Under the pieces are notes generated by a model. It saw only the letters and a program-made list of their open reading frames with translations, ran no database searches and had not been told where the DNA came from. 64,000 bases of DNA from Candidatus Omnitrophota bacterium (GTDB lineage Bacteria > Omnitrophota > Gorgyraeia > Zapsychrales > Zapsychraceae), in contig JANQMA010000042.1 in NCBI GenBank assembly GCA_028280285.1, forward strand, positions 3,572-67,571, given 5' to 3'. Positions 1 to 9,015 of this stretch are shown in pieces; the first letter of the stretch is position 1; each line of letters opens with the position of its first letter. A program made the translations under genes and the position numbers.

Positions 1-969
1 TCGATTGAATTGGTGCGTTTTGTTAACTCCGGGACAGAGGCGACGATGAGTGCGATAAGACTTGCGCGAGGGTTCACCGGTCGTGATATTGTGGTTAAAT
101 TTGACGGTTGTTATCACGGGCACTTTGATGATTTACTGACGGTTGCCGGCTCCGGCGTGGCTGAGCTCGCTGAGTCATCGTCCAAGGGTATCCCGCACAA
201 ACATATTGAAAACACCATCAGTCTCCCATTTAACGATACTGAAAAGGTAAAAGCTGTTATTGAAGAAAATAAAGATAAAATTGCCTGTGTTATTTTGGAA
301 CCCGTTGCCGGTAATATGGGCGTTATTCCGGGTACAAAAGAATTTTTACAAATATTGCGTGATGTAACACAAAAGCACGGCATTGTTCTTATTTTTGATG
401 AAATCATGACGGGCTTTAGGACTTCTTCCGGGTGTGTGCAAAGCGATTACGGGATTATCCCGGATATGACGTGTTTGGGTAAGATCATTTCAAGCGGGTT
501 TCCGATCGGGGCCTATGGGGGGCGGAAAGATATTATGGAGTGTTTGGCGCCTTTAGGAAGTGTGTATCAAGCAGGCACGTTTTCAGGTAATCCGGTGGTG
601 ATGAAGGCAGGTTTGGCAGGGTTAAAGCAGCTTAATGATCAAGTGCATGCAAAACTAAATCAAAAATGTGAAAATTTTGCGAATGAATTGAATGCACTTT
701 TTGTTGAACAGGGTGTGGATGCGCACTTGGCGCATTATAAGTCGATGATGAGTCTGCGTTTTAGAAAAGAGCCGGTGCTTAATTACAAAGATGCGCAGGA
801 TGCGCAGGGTCATGAAAGGTACAAAGAGCTCTTTCACTTTTTGCTTAACCGCGGTATTTATCTGCCGCCGGCGGATTTAGAGGCGTTTTTTGTTTCAACA
901 GTTCATTCCAAGAAGGATCTTGCTGAGCTGTCGGATGCGTTGAAGGAATATTTTACAGGCCTTCGTTAG
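1..969 (+). CDS. hemL: Glutamate-1-semialdehyde 2,1-aminomutase, C-terminal ~322 aa (5' end lies upstream of the window)
   Basis: The frame is open from base 1 and starts ...ELVRFVNSGTEATMSAIRLARGFTGR. It carries the PLP class-III aminotransferase motif FDEIMTGFR and a GSA-aminomutase-like C-terminus. No in-window start codon is needed. Confidence 0.85.
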   Translation, partial: SIELVRFVNSGTEATMSAIRLARGFTGRDIVVKFDGCYHGHFDDLLTVAGSGVAELAESSSKGIPHKHIENTISLPFNDTEKVKAVIEENKDKIACVILEPVAGNMGVIPGTKEFLQILRDVTQKHGIVLIFDEIMTGFRTSSGCVQSDYGIIPDMTCLGKIISSGFPIGAYGGRKDIMECLAPLGSVYQAGTFSGNPVVMKAGLAGLKQLNDQVHAKLNQKCENFANELNALFVEQGVDAHLAHYKSMMSLRFRKEPVLNYKDAQDAQGHERYKELFHFLLNRGIYLPPADLEAFFVSTVHSKKDLAELSDALKEYFTGLR

Positions 970-977
970 GCTTCTGC

Positions 978-1367
978 ATGAAAATAAAATTATTTATATT
1001 GCTCTTTATTGTTGCCTTTACCACAACCGGCTGTTTTGCGCTTCTCATCGGTGCCGGTGGGTATGCCGGTTATCAGTATGTTAATGGGGTTCTTTTCTAT
1101 GATGTCAAACACCCGGTTTCCCAAGTTCATGAAGCCGGACTTAAGGCATTGCGTGATCTTGATGTGTTGATTGTCGATGATGACGTGGCCCGTCATGAGG
1201 CGGTGCTCAAATTTGAATATGATGACGGCAAATGGGGGCGCATTCATATTAAGGCCATAACCGAGCGTGTTGCGTCTGTCAAAATACGTATCGGCACCTT
1301 TGGTGACGAAGAGCGTGCCATGACTGTTAGGTGGGCTCTTGGAAAATATTTGGAGGAAAAAATCTAA
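978..1367 (+). CDS. Small lipoprotein, hypothetical (DUF3568-like)
   Basis: Has a signal peptide with a lipobox (FTTTGC). It is 129 aa and starts 9 nt after the hemL stop. Confidence 0.45.
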   Translation: MKIKLFILLFIVAFTTTGCFALLIGAGGYAGYQYVNGVLFYDVKHPVSQVHEAGLKALRDLDVLIVDDDVARHEAVLKFEYDDGKWGRIHIKAITERVASVKIRIGTFGDEERAMTVRWALGKYLEEKI

Positions 1368-1371
1368 AATA

Positions 1372-1428
1372 GGTTTTAGGGGTTAGGTTTTAGTGGACTA
1401 ACACCCAACACCTAGCACCTAACACCTC
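1372..1428. repeat. Intergenic hairpin built from tandem GGTGTTAGG-like units
   Basis: ggttttaggggttaggttttagtgg / cacccaacacctagcacctaacacc. Confidence 0.5.
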
Positions 1429-1430
1429 TT

Positions 1431-2129
1431 ATGAACAACACACCTCACATTTCTGTCATCATTCCCGTTCATAATGAAGAAAAATCACTGCCGCAGGTCA
1501 TTAGTGATCTTCCCCGCGATATTATCAGTGAAATCATTGTTGTCGATAATGCCAGTACGGATAATACACACACCGTAGCTAAAAAGGCAGGGTGTCGTGT
1601 TATTTTTGAATCGCAAAAAGGCTATGGCAAGGCTTGCCTAGCGGGCATTGCGTGTCTAAACCCTAAAACAGATATCGTTGTTTTTGTCGATGGCGACTAC
1701 AGTGATCACCCGGATGAAATGCCGCGTTTGATTAATCCGATTGTAGAAGGACATTATGACTTTGTGATCGGTTCGCGTATTATGGGTGAGAGGGAAAAAG
1801 GGGCTATGGCACCGCAGGCTTATTTCGGCAATAAATTAGCCTGCTTTCTGATTAAATTATTTTGGGATATTCAGTATACGGATCTAGGGCCTTTTCGCGC
1901 TATTACACGCAAAGCGTTAGATGATCTGATCATGACAGATGAAGATTTTGGCTGGACGATTGAAATGCAAATCAAAGCTATTCGCGCCGGTCTGCGTGTT
2001 AAAGAAATCCCTGTCGCTTACCGCAGGCGTATCGGTCAGTCGAAAATTTCCGGAACATTGGTAGGCACTGTCTTGGCCGGGGGAAAGATACTTTGGACGA
2101 TATTTAAATATAAATTTTTAAAAAAGTGA
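1431..2129 (+). CDS. Family-2 glycosyltransferase (polyprenyl-phosphate sugar synthase / DPM-synthase-like)
   Basis: N-terminal ISVIIPVHNEE, a DGD motif (VDGDYSD), and ~230 aa length typical of GtrB/ArnC-like enzymes. Confidence 0.7.
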   Translation: MNNTPHISVIIPVHNEEKSLPQVISDLPRDIISEIIVVDNASTDNTHTVAKKAGCRVIFESQKGYGKACLAGIACLNPKTDIVVFVDGDYSDHPDEMPRLINPIVEGHYDFVIGSRIMGEREKGAMAPQAYFGNKLACFLIKLFWDIQYTDLGPFRAITRKALDDLIMTDEDFGWTIEMQIKAIRAGLRVKEIPVAYRRRIGQSKISGTLVGTVLAGGKILWTIFKYKFLKK

Positions 2130-2184
2130 TCTGTGGCCTGTGGTCAGTGGTCATTGATCACAGACCACAGAACACGGACCACAT
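2128..2184. repeat. Intergenic hairpin built from GTGGTC/GTGTTC units
   Basis: ctgtggcctgtggtcagtggtc - attgat - cacagaccacagaacacggaccac. Confidence 0.55.
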
Positions 2185-2189
2185 AAACT

Positions 2190-3731
2190 ATGTCTATTAA
2201 TAAGTTGCTTATCACCATAGGTTCGGTTTGTGCTTTGCTTTATGTCATGATCACCTGGATGTCTTTTGGTCTGCCGCTTGAGGTTTGTCACTTCCTCAAT
2301 ACTTTAACCTTTAACCTTTCATCTGAAACCTTTCTAGAATTACAAAACGGTTTTCATTATGACAATCCCAACAATGATATGCCGACCGGGATTTATCTTT
2401 TTATCTTCTTTATTATTTTTGTTCTTGTCTTTTATGCCTTTAAAAAAGTAGAGCATGCGGCCTTTAACCAAAAAACGCTTTTGATTATTATTGTTTTTTC
2501 CATATTATTCAGGCTGCTTTCGTTCTGGGGGACGATGATTCATGAAAATGATATCTATCGCTATATGTGGGATGGAAAGACGGCGTTAGCCGGCATCAAT
2601 CCTTTTAAGTATGCTCCGTCGGATCTTTTTCTTTATGATAATGATATTGATTATGATTATTATGATGCGACGCACGATGTAACACTTAAGTTTACAAATT
2701 GGGACGAAAGAAGCAAGGCCGAGTTAGGTCAGCTGCTTGTCCTGCGTGATCAAGACCAAACGCTTTACAATCGTATCGGTCATTGGCAGGTGCCGACCAT
2801 TTATCCGCCGGTGGCCCAGATCCTATTTGCCGTGCCGATGCTCGCTGCGCCGGGTTCGGATATTGTGATGCGGGCCTTTTTTATGTTATTTGACATCGGT
2901 GTTATTTTTCTTATTATTGCCTTACTTAAAACGTTCGATTGTAATCCACTGTGGGTTATTCTCTACGGATGGATGCCGCTTGTTGTGATTCAGTTGACCC
3001 ATTCCGGGCATTATGATGCGATTGTTATTTTTCTGATGATGTTGAGCCTTTATTTATATATTAAGGGAAGAGAAAACATGGCGTGTATGGTTTTAGCACT
3101 GGCAACGTTAAGTAAGTTTTTCCCGGCGGTGTTATTTTTGTTTATGTTTCGCAAGGACTTTATCCGTAAAGGTATTTTGTTTACGGCGGTCATTGCTTTA
3201 TTTTATATTCCGTTTTTTCTTTGGGGGAGTACGGGCATTGCAGGAGTGTTTGAAGGGTTTATGACTTATAACCGTGATTGGTCGTATCATGCGAGCATTT
3301 TTGATATTGTCTATTATACGCTTGAGGTGATATCAACCGATTGGGTTAAAGATTTATATCCGGCGAAAGTCATTGTGGGGCTAATGTATCTTGGTGTAAT
3401 TGCTTTTTTATTTTTTAAACAAAACCATAGGTCACATGCCCTAAGCCTTATTCAAAACTGTTTTTTTGCAATAGCGACGCTTTTTATTTTGAACCCAGTA
3501 GCTGACCCATGGTACTATTGTTGGGTTATGCCGTTTTTATGTATTTTCAGATACCGTTCATGGATTTTACTATCGGGGCTGCTTATGCTAAGCTATCTTA
3601 ATTTTCATACAGATATTCCCTGGACACAGGTGAGGTTTCTTAATCTGAAACTGATTGTGTGGCTGACCTATTTGCCGTTTTTTATTTTACTCGGATCGGA
3701 ATTTTTAAATCGATATTTTAGGACGCGATGA
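2190..3731 (+). CDS. Polytopic membrane protein, putative GT-C fold glycosyltransferase (DUF2029/PMT-like)
   Basis: 513 aa with more than 10 predicted TM helices and a large loop rich in D/Y/W. It directly follows the DPM-synthase-like GT2, the same arrangement as ArnC/ArnT. Confidence 0.4.
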   Translation: MSINKLLITIGSVCALLYVMITWMSFGLPLEVCHFLNTLTFNLSSETFLELQNGFHYDNPNNDMPTGIYLFIFFIIFVLVFYAFKKVEHAAFNQKTLLIIIVFSILFRLLSFWGTMIHENDIYRYMWDGKTALAGINPFKYAPSDLFLYDNDIDYDYYDATHDVTLKFTNWDERSKAELGQLLVLRDQDQTLYNRIGHWQVPTIYPPVAQILFAVPMLAAPGSDIVMRAFFMLFDIGVIFLIIALLKTFDCNPLWVILYGWMPLVVIQLTHSGHYDAIVIFLMMLSLYLYIKGRENMACMVLALATLSKFFPAVLFLFMFRKDFIRKGILFTAVIALFYIPFFLWGSTGIAGVFEGFMTYNRDWSYHASIFDIVYYTLEVISTDWVKDLYPAKVIVGLMYLGVIAFLFFKQNHRSHALSLIQNCFFAIATLFILNPVADPWYYCWVMPFLCIFRYRSWILLSGLLMLSYLNFHTDIPWTQVRFLNLKLIVWLTYLPFFILLGSEFLNRYFRTR

Positions 3732-3863
3732 ATCGCGTCCCTACGATATTTCTATTAATTTTATTAAAAGTGATAGACATATTGTAGGGGCGCCATTTAT
3801 GGCGCCCTAAGTATAGCGAATATTTTATGTTGTTGGATTGTTATAATTAGCGAAAGGGGCAAG

Positions 3864-4622
3864 ATGAAAAAATTAGCATTATTAATCGCAACACTTAGCA
3901 TTATGTTAACTTCCCACACAGTTAATGCGGCATCAGTTGATTACGGCCCGTACGCAGAAATTCTTAAGACCTATGTTGATAAAAAAGGGCTTGTGGATTA
4001 TGTCGGGCTTAAGGAAAACCGCGAGGCCTTTGATGAGGTGATTGCGGCCTTTACTGATACCGATATCGATGCGCTCAGTCCTGTTGAGCAAAAGGCCTTT
4101 TGGATTAATGCTTATAATGCCTACACGCTTAAATTAATTATCGACCGTTATCCACTTAGATTTGGCGGTATATTGACGATTAACTGGGGTCGTCCGTGGA
4201 ATATAGAGATGAAGGTGGCCGGCCGTGATATCACTTTAGGGGAAATTGAACATGAAATTTTGCGTAAATTAGATCCCCCTGATCCGCGTATTCATTTTGC
4301 GATTAATTGCGCTTCTATCGGTTGTCCAATCTTACCGCAAACACCATTTTATGTTGAAACGCTGGATGCACAATTAGATGAAGAAGCGCGTAAATTTATC
4401 AACAATCCTGATAAAGTGCGTTTAGACAGGGAAAAACAAATGTTATATCATTCGGCTATTTTTAAATGGTTTGAAGAGGATTATTTGATCGATGGCCACA
4501 CATTAAAGAGCTACATTGCACAGTATATGACCGAAGCAGATCAAACATATTTGAATAATAATGAAGTGAAACTTAAGGACTTACGTTATGATTGGGGACT
4601 TAATAAACAAGAAAAACAATAA
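3864..4622 (+). CDS. Secreted DUF547-family protein
   Basis: Signal peptide ending VNAAS; contains the conserved DUF547 motif FWINAYNAYTLKLI. Confidence 0.5.
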   Translation: MKKLALLIATLSIMLTSHTVNAASVDYGPYAEILKTYVDKKGLVDYVGLKENREAFDEVIAAFTDTDIDALSPVEQKAFWINAYNAYTLKLIIDRYPLRFGGILTINWGRPWNIEMKVAGRDITLGEIEHEILRKLDPPDPRIHFAINCASIGCPILPQTPFYVETLDAQLDEEARKFINNPDKVRLDREKQMLYHSAIFKWFEEDYLIDGHTLKSYIAQYMTEADQTYLNNNEVKLKDLRYDWGLNKQEKQ

Positions 4623-4623
4623 G

Positions 4624-4693
4624 GGTGGTCTGCGGCCCGTGGTCTGTGATCGATAATTTTTTGATAGACCACAGAGCACAGAGCACAGATCAC
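4624..4693. repeat. Intergenic hairpin built from GTGGTCTGTG units
   Basis: ggtggtctgcggcccgtggtctgtgatc ... gatagaccacagagcacagagcacagatcac. Confidence 0.55.
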
Positions 4694-4713
4694 TTAGATT
4701 AAGGAGTAAGTAT

Positions 4714-5763
4714 ATGCCAACAAAAACTCACAAAGACGTTTCTGAATATTATGGGAAAGTTTTACAAACGAAAAAAGATTTAAAAACAAGTGCGTGCTGT
4801 TCTTTGGAAAAAGTTTCTGACTATGTCCGTGAACCGCTTAAGATGATCGAAGACGAGATCCAGACCAAATTTTACGGATGTGGTGCGCCGATACCGCTTG
4901 TGCTCGACGGGATGAAGGTTCTTGATTTGGGTTGTGGAACAGGTCGTGATTGTTTTGTGATTTCCTATTATGTTGGGGATAAAGGTGAGGTTGTTGGGAT
5001 TGATATGACGGATGAACAATTGGATGTGGCCAATAAATATCTTCCTGTTCAGATGGAGAGATTCGGTTTTAAACGGCCGAATGTCCGGTTTATCAAAGGT
5101 TATATCGAAGATTTAAAGTCGCTTGATCTGCCGGATAATTATTTTGATGTTGTTGTATCCAACTGTGTTGTTAATTTGTCACCCGATAAAGAATCTGTTT
5201 TAAGTGAGGTATTTCGTGTTCTTAAAGAAGGGGGTGAGTTCTTTTTCTCCGACGTCTATGTGGACCGCCGTTTGCCGGATTGGTGCAAGGAGGCCCCTAT
5301 TCTTTTAGGGGAGTGTTTGGGTGGAGCGTTTTACTGGAAAGATTTTGAGCGCCAGGCAAGCAAGACGGGTTTTCATGATCCGCGTGTTTATGCTTGCTCT
5401 AACATAGATTTATTAGATCAGGAGACGATCGATAAGGTGGGATTTGCTCATTTTAATTCCATTACTTATCGTTTATTCAAGCTCGCACAGTTGGAAGATG
5501 CGTGTGAAGATTATGGGCAGGTTGCCTATTATAAAGGAACGATTGAGCATAGCCCGCACAAATTTGTCTTGGATAACCATCATATATTTGAAAAAGACAA
5601 GCCTATGCTTGTTTGTGCGAATACAGCGGCGATGCTGCAGGACACGCGTTTGACCAAGCATTTTGTGATTAAGGGTGATACTTCAGTTCATTATGGGATT
5701 TTTGCAGGCTGTGGAGAGTTGCCGCCGGCTGATGATGATAAGCCGATTGGAGGATGTTGTTAA
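4714..5763 (+). CDS. arsM: Arsenite S-adenosylmethionine methyltransferase-like (ArsM/AS3MT family)
   Basis: SAM-binding motif VLDLGCGTGRDCF. Family-typical cysteines are present: SACCS, FYGCGAP, NCVVNLS and GECLGGA. The C-terminus ends in Cys-rich GGCC. Confidence 0.65.
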   Translation: MPTKTHKDVSEYYGKVLQTKKDLKTSACCSLEKVSDYVREPLKMIEDEIQTKFYGCGAPIPLVLDGMKVLDLGCGTGRDCFVISYYVGDKGEVVGIDMTDEQLDVANKYLPVQMERFGFKRPNVRFIKGYIEDLKSLDLPDNYFDVVVSNCVVNLSPDKESVLSEVFRVLKEGGEFFFSDVYVDRRLPDWCKEAPILLGECLGGAFYWKDFERQASKTGFHDPRVYACSNIDLLDQETIDKVGFAHFNSITYRLFKLAQLEDACEDYGQVAYYKGTIEHSPHKFVLDNHHIFEKDKPMLVCANTAAMLQDTRLTKHFVIKGDTSVHYGIFAGCGELPPADDDKPIGGCC

Positions 5764-5766
5764 ATC

Positions 5767-5853
5767 GGTGTTCAGTGTTCGGAGTTCAGTGTTCGTTTAT
5801 GATTGAACACAGAACACCAGGTGGTTCGTTACTCAGCTAGAACACCGAACACG
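5767..5853. repeat. Intergenic compound hairpin built from GTGTTCAGTGTTC units
   Basis: gtgttcagtgttcggagttcagtgttcg - tttatgat - tgaacacagaacacc ... gaacaccgaacacg. Confidence 0.6.
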
Positions 5854-5892
5854 CGATGTACTTTATCTGGGTAATTTGCTATAATCCCCTCC

Positions 5893-6531
5893 ATGCTTTC
5901 GATCATCATCCCGATTTATAACGAAGCAAAGATTTTAGTTGAAAAACGTGATTACTACCTCAGTCTTAAAAATAAGGCTGAGGTTCTTTTTGTTGATGGG
6001 GGCAGTACCGATGATTCGGCTGTGATCGCAGCGGAATATGGTAAGGTTATTGCTTCCCCACAGGGACGGGCTGTTCAAAAAAACCGGGGCGTTGTCGAGG
6101 CACCGGGCGATATGTTTTTGTTTCTTCATGTCGACTCATTTATTAGCGATGAAGCCCTTAAGCGGCTTAAAGGATTAAACGGGACTCATGCCGGCTGTTT
6201 GACAATGGCGATTGAAGATAGGCGACTTATTTTCCGCTTATATGAAAGGGTGGTTAATAACCGTGCTATTAAAAAAGGTTTGGTTGATGGGGATTTGGGG
6301 TTATTTGTTACACGTGCTATCTTTAATCAACTCAATGGATTTAAAGAATTAACGATTATGGATGACATTGAATTTTCCGAGCGTTTAAGAAAAATATGTA
6401 CTTTATCGGTTTTGCCCGAGAAAATCTATGTGTCATCGCGCAGGTGGGATGAGCATGGATTTATTTCGACCTTTTGGCGCTACACGCTTGCCTATATTCA
6501 ACATTATACGGGGTGGAGGATATTTAAATAG
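5893..6531 (+). CDS. Small family-2 glycosyltransferase, rSAM/selenodomain-associated 'transferase 2' type (arsenosugar-cluster GT-like)
   Basis: MLSIIIPIYNE and DGGSTDDS motifs; ~210 aa. It sits between the ArsM-like gene and a DUF2064 gene, the synteny described for TIGR04283/TIGR04282 pairs. Confidence 0.5.
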   Translation: MLSIIIPIYNEAKILVEKRDYYLSLKNKAEVLFVDGGSTDDSAVIAAEYGKVIASPQGRAVQKNRGVVEAPGDMFLFLHVDSFISDEALKRLKGLNGTHAGCLTMAIEDRRLIFRLYERVVNNRAIKKGLVDGDLGLFVTRAIFNQLNGFKELTIMDDIEFSERLRKICTLSVLPEKIYVSSRRWDEHGFISTFWRYTLAYIQHYTGWRIFK

Positions 6532-6594
6532 TGTTCGGTGTTCCGTGTTCGGTGTTCAGTCATAAACGAACACTGAACTCTGAACACAGAACAC
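6531..6594. repeat. Intergenic hairpin built from GTGTTCGGTGTTC units
   Basis: gtgttcggtgttccgtgttcggtgttcagtc - ataaa - cgaacactgaactctgaacacagaacac. Confidence 0.6.
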
Positions 6595-6609
6595 TATTAT
6601 AGACTAATT

Positions 6610-7221
6610 ATGAACAATAGTGCCCTAGTCATATTTGCCCGCGAACCAAAGCTGGGCAAGGTCAAGACACGATTGGCCAGAGATGTGGGTGAGGCCGAGG
6701 CCTTGCGTTTATATAAATCTTTTGTCCGTCAGACATTGAAGCTTGCGTCTTCACTCAAAAATCTTGACCGCTATATCTATTATGCCGGCTCCAATGCCTC
6801 CATGCCGTTTTTAAGGCAGTTTAAAAACAGATTTATATTAAAGCAGCAAAGGGGTGGCAATTTGGGCACGCGTATGTATAATGCGTTTGACCATTTATTT
6901 AAGGCAGGGTATCAGAAAGTTATTATTATTGGCACTGATTGTTTGGAAATCACAAAAAAAGACATTCAAACTGCTTATAAAAGATTAGATCGCGCGGATT
7001 ATGTCTTAGGGCCTACTTATGATGGAGGGTATTATTTGATAGGCGCTAAGTTAGCCCACAGGAGTGTGTTTCAAGGTATTACTTGGGGAACAAAAACGGT
7101 GTTTAATCAAACAAAGGCAAAGATTGTAAGGTGTGGGAAGTCATTAAAGGTGATACCCAAAAAGAGCGATATCGATTATTTAGCGGATTTACAGAGATTT
7201 TATAGACAAAAAAAGTTATGA
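6610..7221 (+). CDS. DUF2064 nucleotidyl/glycosyl-transferase-like protein (rSAM/selenodomain-associated 'transferase 1' type)
   Basis: N-terminal LVIFAREPKLGKVKTRLA, IIIGTDCLEI and GPTYDGGYYLIG motifs characteristic of DUF2064/CofC-like proteins. Confidence 0.6.
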   Translation: MNNSALVIFAREPKLGKVKTRLARDVGEAEALRLYKSFVRQTLKLASSLKNLDRYIYYAGSNASMPFLRQFKNRFILKQQRGGNLGTRMYNAFDHLFKAGYQKVIIIGTDCLEITKKDIQTAYKRLDRADYVLGPTYDGGYYLIGAKLAHRSVFQGITWGTKTVFNQTKAKIVRCGKSLKVIPKKSDIDYLADLQRFYRQKKL

Positions 7222-7238
7222 TGGCGGTATAATTTTCT

Positions 7239-8027
7239 ATGAATATTGTGCAAAAACAATATGCTTTCTGGCCAAGTGTCGTTCGGATTATCGCGACGTT
7301 TTTGATATTTTATTTCCATTTCGGAGGGTTAACTGGTGCATATCCCGTGACTATGCTAGACCGCTTTGCCATTTTACTGTTTTTATTGATATCTGGGTTT
7401 TTTGCTTATCCGCCACATGGCAATGAACTTAGATGGCTTGAACGCAGGTTTAAACACATTCTTTTTCCTTACTGGCCTATCGTGCTGACGGCCATTATTA
7501 CAAATCATGTTATTAACTATAAAGATAGTACTTTGCTGCATGATGTATTAGTGTTTTTCGGATTCAGCCTGTTTTTAGAAAATCCAATCTACATTATTTC
7601 CTGGTTTATCACCCTCATTTTATTTTTCTATCTCAATCTATTTCTTTTTCGTCTAATTAAAAACAAATTAGTAAAAACAATATTTTGGGTCTTAAGCTTT
7701 TATTTGTTCTATGCTTATTTTAAGGTTTCTGCATTTTATTATGTTAGCTTTTATTTGGGTTATTTTTTGCGTTCACGTAATTTTTTAATCAACGAGCCTT
7801 ATTTAAATACAGCTGTGATGAAAAACGTGAATAATCTAATCTTTAAGATTCAGAGTTATTGCTATGTATTTTTCCTGTTGCACGGTGCGATTATTTTATT
7901 TCATGTAAAGGTCCTTCAATGGAGTAATCCAGTTATGTTTGTTAGTGCTTTCTTGAGTTCAGGAGGGCTAACATATATTTATAAACAAATCGTTGACCGG
8001 ACAATCATGCGGATAAAGATTGGATAG
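7239..8027 (+). CDS. Integral membrane protein, possibly a short Acyltransferase-3 family member
   Basis: Highly hydrophobic 262-aa ORF with 7-8 TM helices and no recognisable catalytic motif. Confidence 0.3.
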   Translation: MNIVQKQYAFWPSVVRIIATFLIFYFHFGGLTGAYPVTMLDRFAILLFLLISGFFAYPPHGNELRWLERRFKHILFPYWPIVLTAIITNHVINYKDSTLLHDVLVFFGFSLFLENPIYIISWFITLILFFYLNLFLFRLIKNKLVKTIFWVLSFYLFYAYFKVSAFYYVSFYLGYFLRSRNFLINEPYLNTAVMKNVNNLIFKIQSYCYVFFLLHGAIILFHVKVLQWSNPVMFVSAFLSSGGLTYIYKQIVDRTIMRIKIG

Positions 8028-8030
8028 TTT

Positions 8031-9005
8031 ATGCGTGTCCTTCATATTTACACTGAAAACGGTAAAAATTTACTAGAACGTACAGTACAAAATCTCGTTA
8101 AGGGGCTTGATTTTAATGGGGTTGAATCCCAAGTGTGTTGTCTAGATGCATCGTCTGATTTTTCTTCCATTTTAAAAGCATCAAAAGCATCTGTTATTCA
8201 CCTGCACTCTGGAGCAACGTTTAAACAATGCTTGCTGCCAGCCAAGCTTTCTGGTCGTAAGATTATTGTGACAGCCCATCAAGCTAATCAGTCCATTCCT
8301 TATAGTAATCAACATTGGCTTTATAAAAAGGTTGCCAGCTCTGATTTTGTCAATGAAGAGGTCTTTAGTTCTAAAGCGGAGGTGATTTATGATGGGATTG
8401 ACTTAGAAGATTTTGATGCGCAGGCGCGGACAGTTGATGGCGATACGCTTCGCCAAACATATGGAATTGATAAGAATGTTTTCATTATCGGGGCTATCGG
8501 GCCTTTAATTTTGGAAAATGATTATGAAAGTTTGTTTAAAGCTTTGCGTAATGCTGTAGCGAAAGAGATGAATGCGATTGTCCTTATTTCCGGTGAAGGC
8601 CCACTGCGTGCGGATTTGCTTAAAAGTGCAGAAGCTTTGAATATAGCAGATAGAGTGAAGATCATTAACGCAACAGATTATGTGTCTTTGTTTTGTTTGT
8701 TTGATGCCTATGTGGTATCTTCTTTTACAGAAGGTTACTTAAGTAGTATTTTAGGTGCGATGGCAGCGTCTAAGCCTGTGATTGCAACCAAAATCGGTGC
8801 CAATCCTGAGATGGTTGTGCAGGGTAAGACAGGGTTTTTGGTGCCTTGCGGATTTCCGGAGAGGATCGATAATGTGATTATGCGCTGGAGGGCGAATCCG
8901 CAGTTGGCTAAGGATATTGGTTCAGCAGGACGTCAACATGTGGAGGAAAAATTTAGCCTTCCCGTGATGGGAAAAAAGTATAAAGAGTTCTATGGGAAGT
9001 TATAA
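8031..9005 (+). CDS. Family-4 glycosyltransferase (GT-B)
   Basis: C-terminal GT4 signature: EGYLSSILGAMAASKPVIATKIGANPEMV...GFLV. Confidence 0.6.
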   Translation: MRVLHIYTENGKNLLERTVQNLVKGLDFNGVESQVCCLDASSDFSSILKASKASVIHLHSGATFKQCLLPAKLSGRKIIVTAHQANQSIPYSNQHWLYKKVASSDFVNEEVFSSKAEVIYDGIDLEDFDAQARTVDGDTLRQTYGIDKNVFIIGAIGPLILENDYESLFKALRNAVAKEMNAIVLISGEGPLRADLLKSAEALNIADRVKIINATDYVSLFCLFDAYVVSSFTEGYLSSILGAMAASKPVIATKIGANPEMVVQGKTGFLVPCGFPERIDNVIMRWRANPQLAKDIGSAGRQHVEEKFSLPVMGKKYKEFYGKL

Positions 9006-9015
9006 AGGAGAATAT

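Noticed and set aside
965-981. 17-nt exact repeat TCGTTAGGCTTCTGCAT at 965-981 and again at 61351-61367
   Set aside because: A single 17-mer match in 64 kb on two strands has an expectation of a few tenths, so chance cannot be excluded. No flanking similarity.
114-1247. Antisense ORFs in the track (114-407 -, 655-837 -, 990-1247 -) overlapping hemL and the lipoprotein gene
   Set aside because: They lie entirely inside well-supported plus-strand genes. They have no recognisable motifs and are low-complexity or basic, as is typical of shadow ORFs.
3725-3806. Two short GC-rich hairpins (GGACGCGAT-GA-ATCGCGTCC at 3725-3744; GGGGCGCCA-TTTA-TGGCGCCC at 3786-3806) after the GT-C-like gene
   Set aside because: These are probably ordinary transcription terminator or stability hairpins. 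No T-run follows, and they are unrelated to the tandem-unit repeat family.
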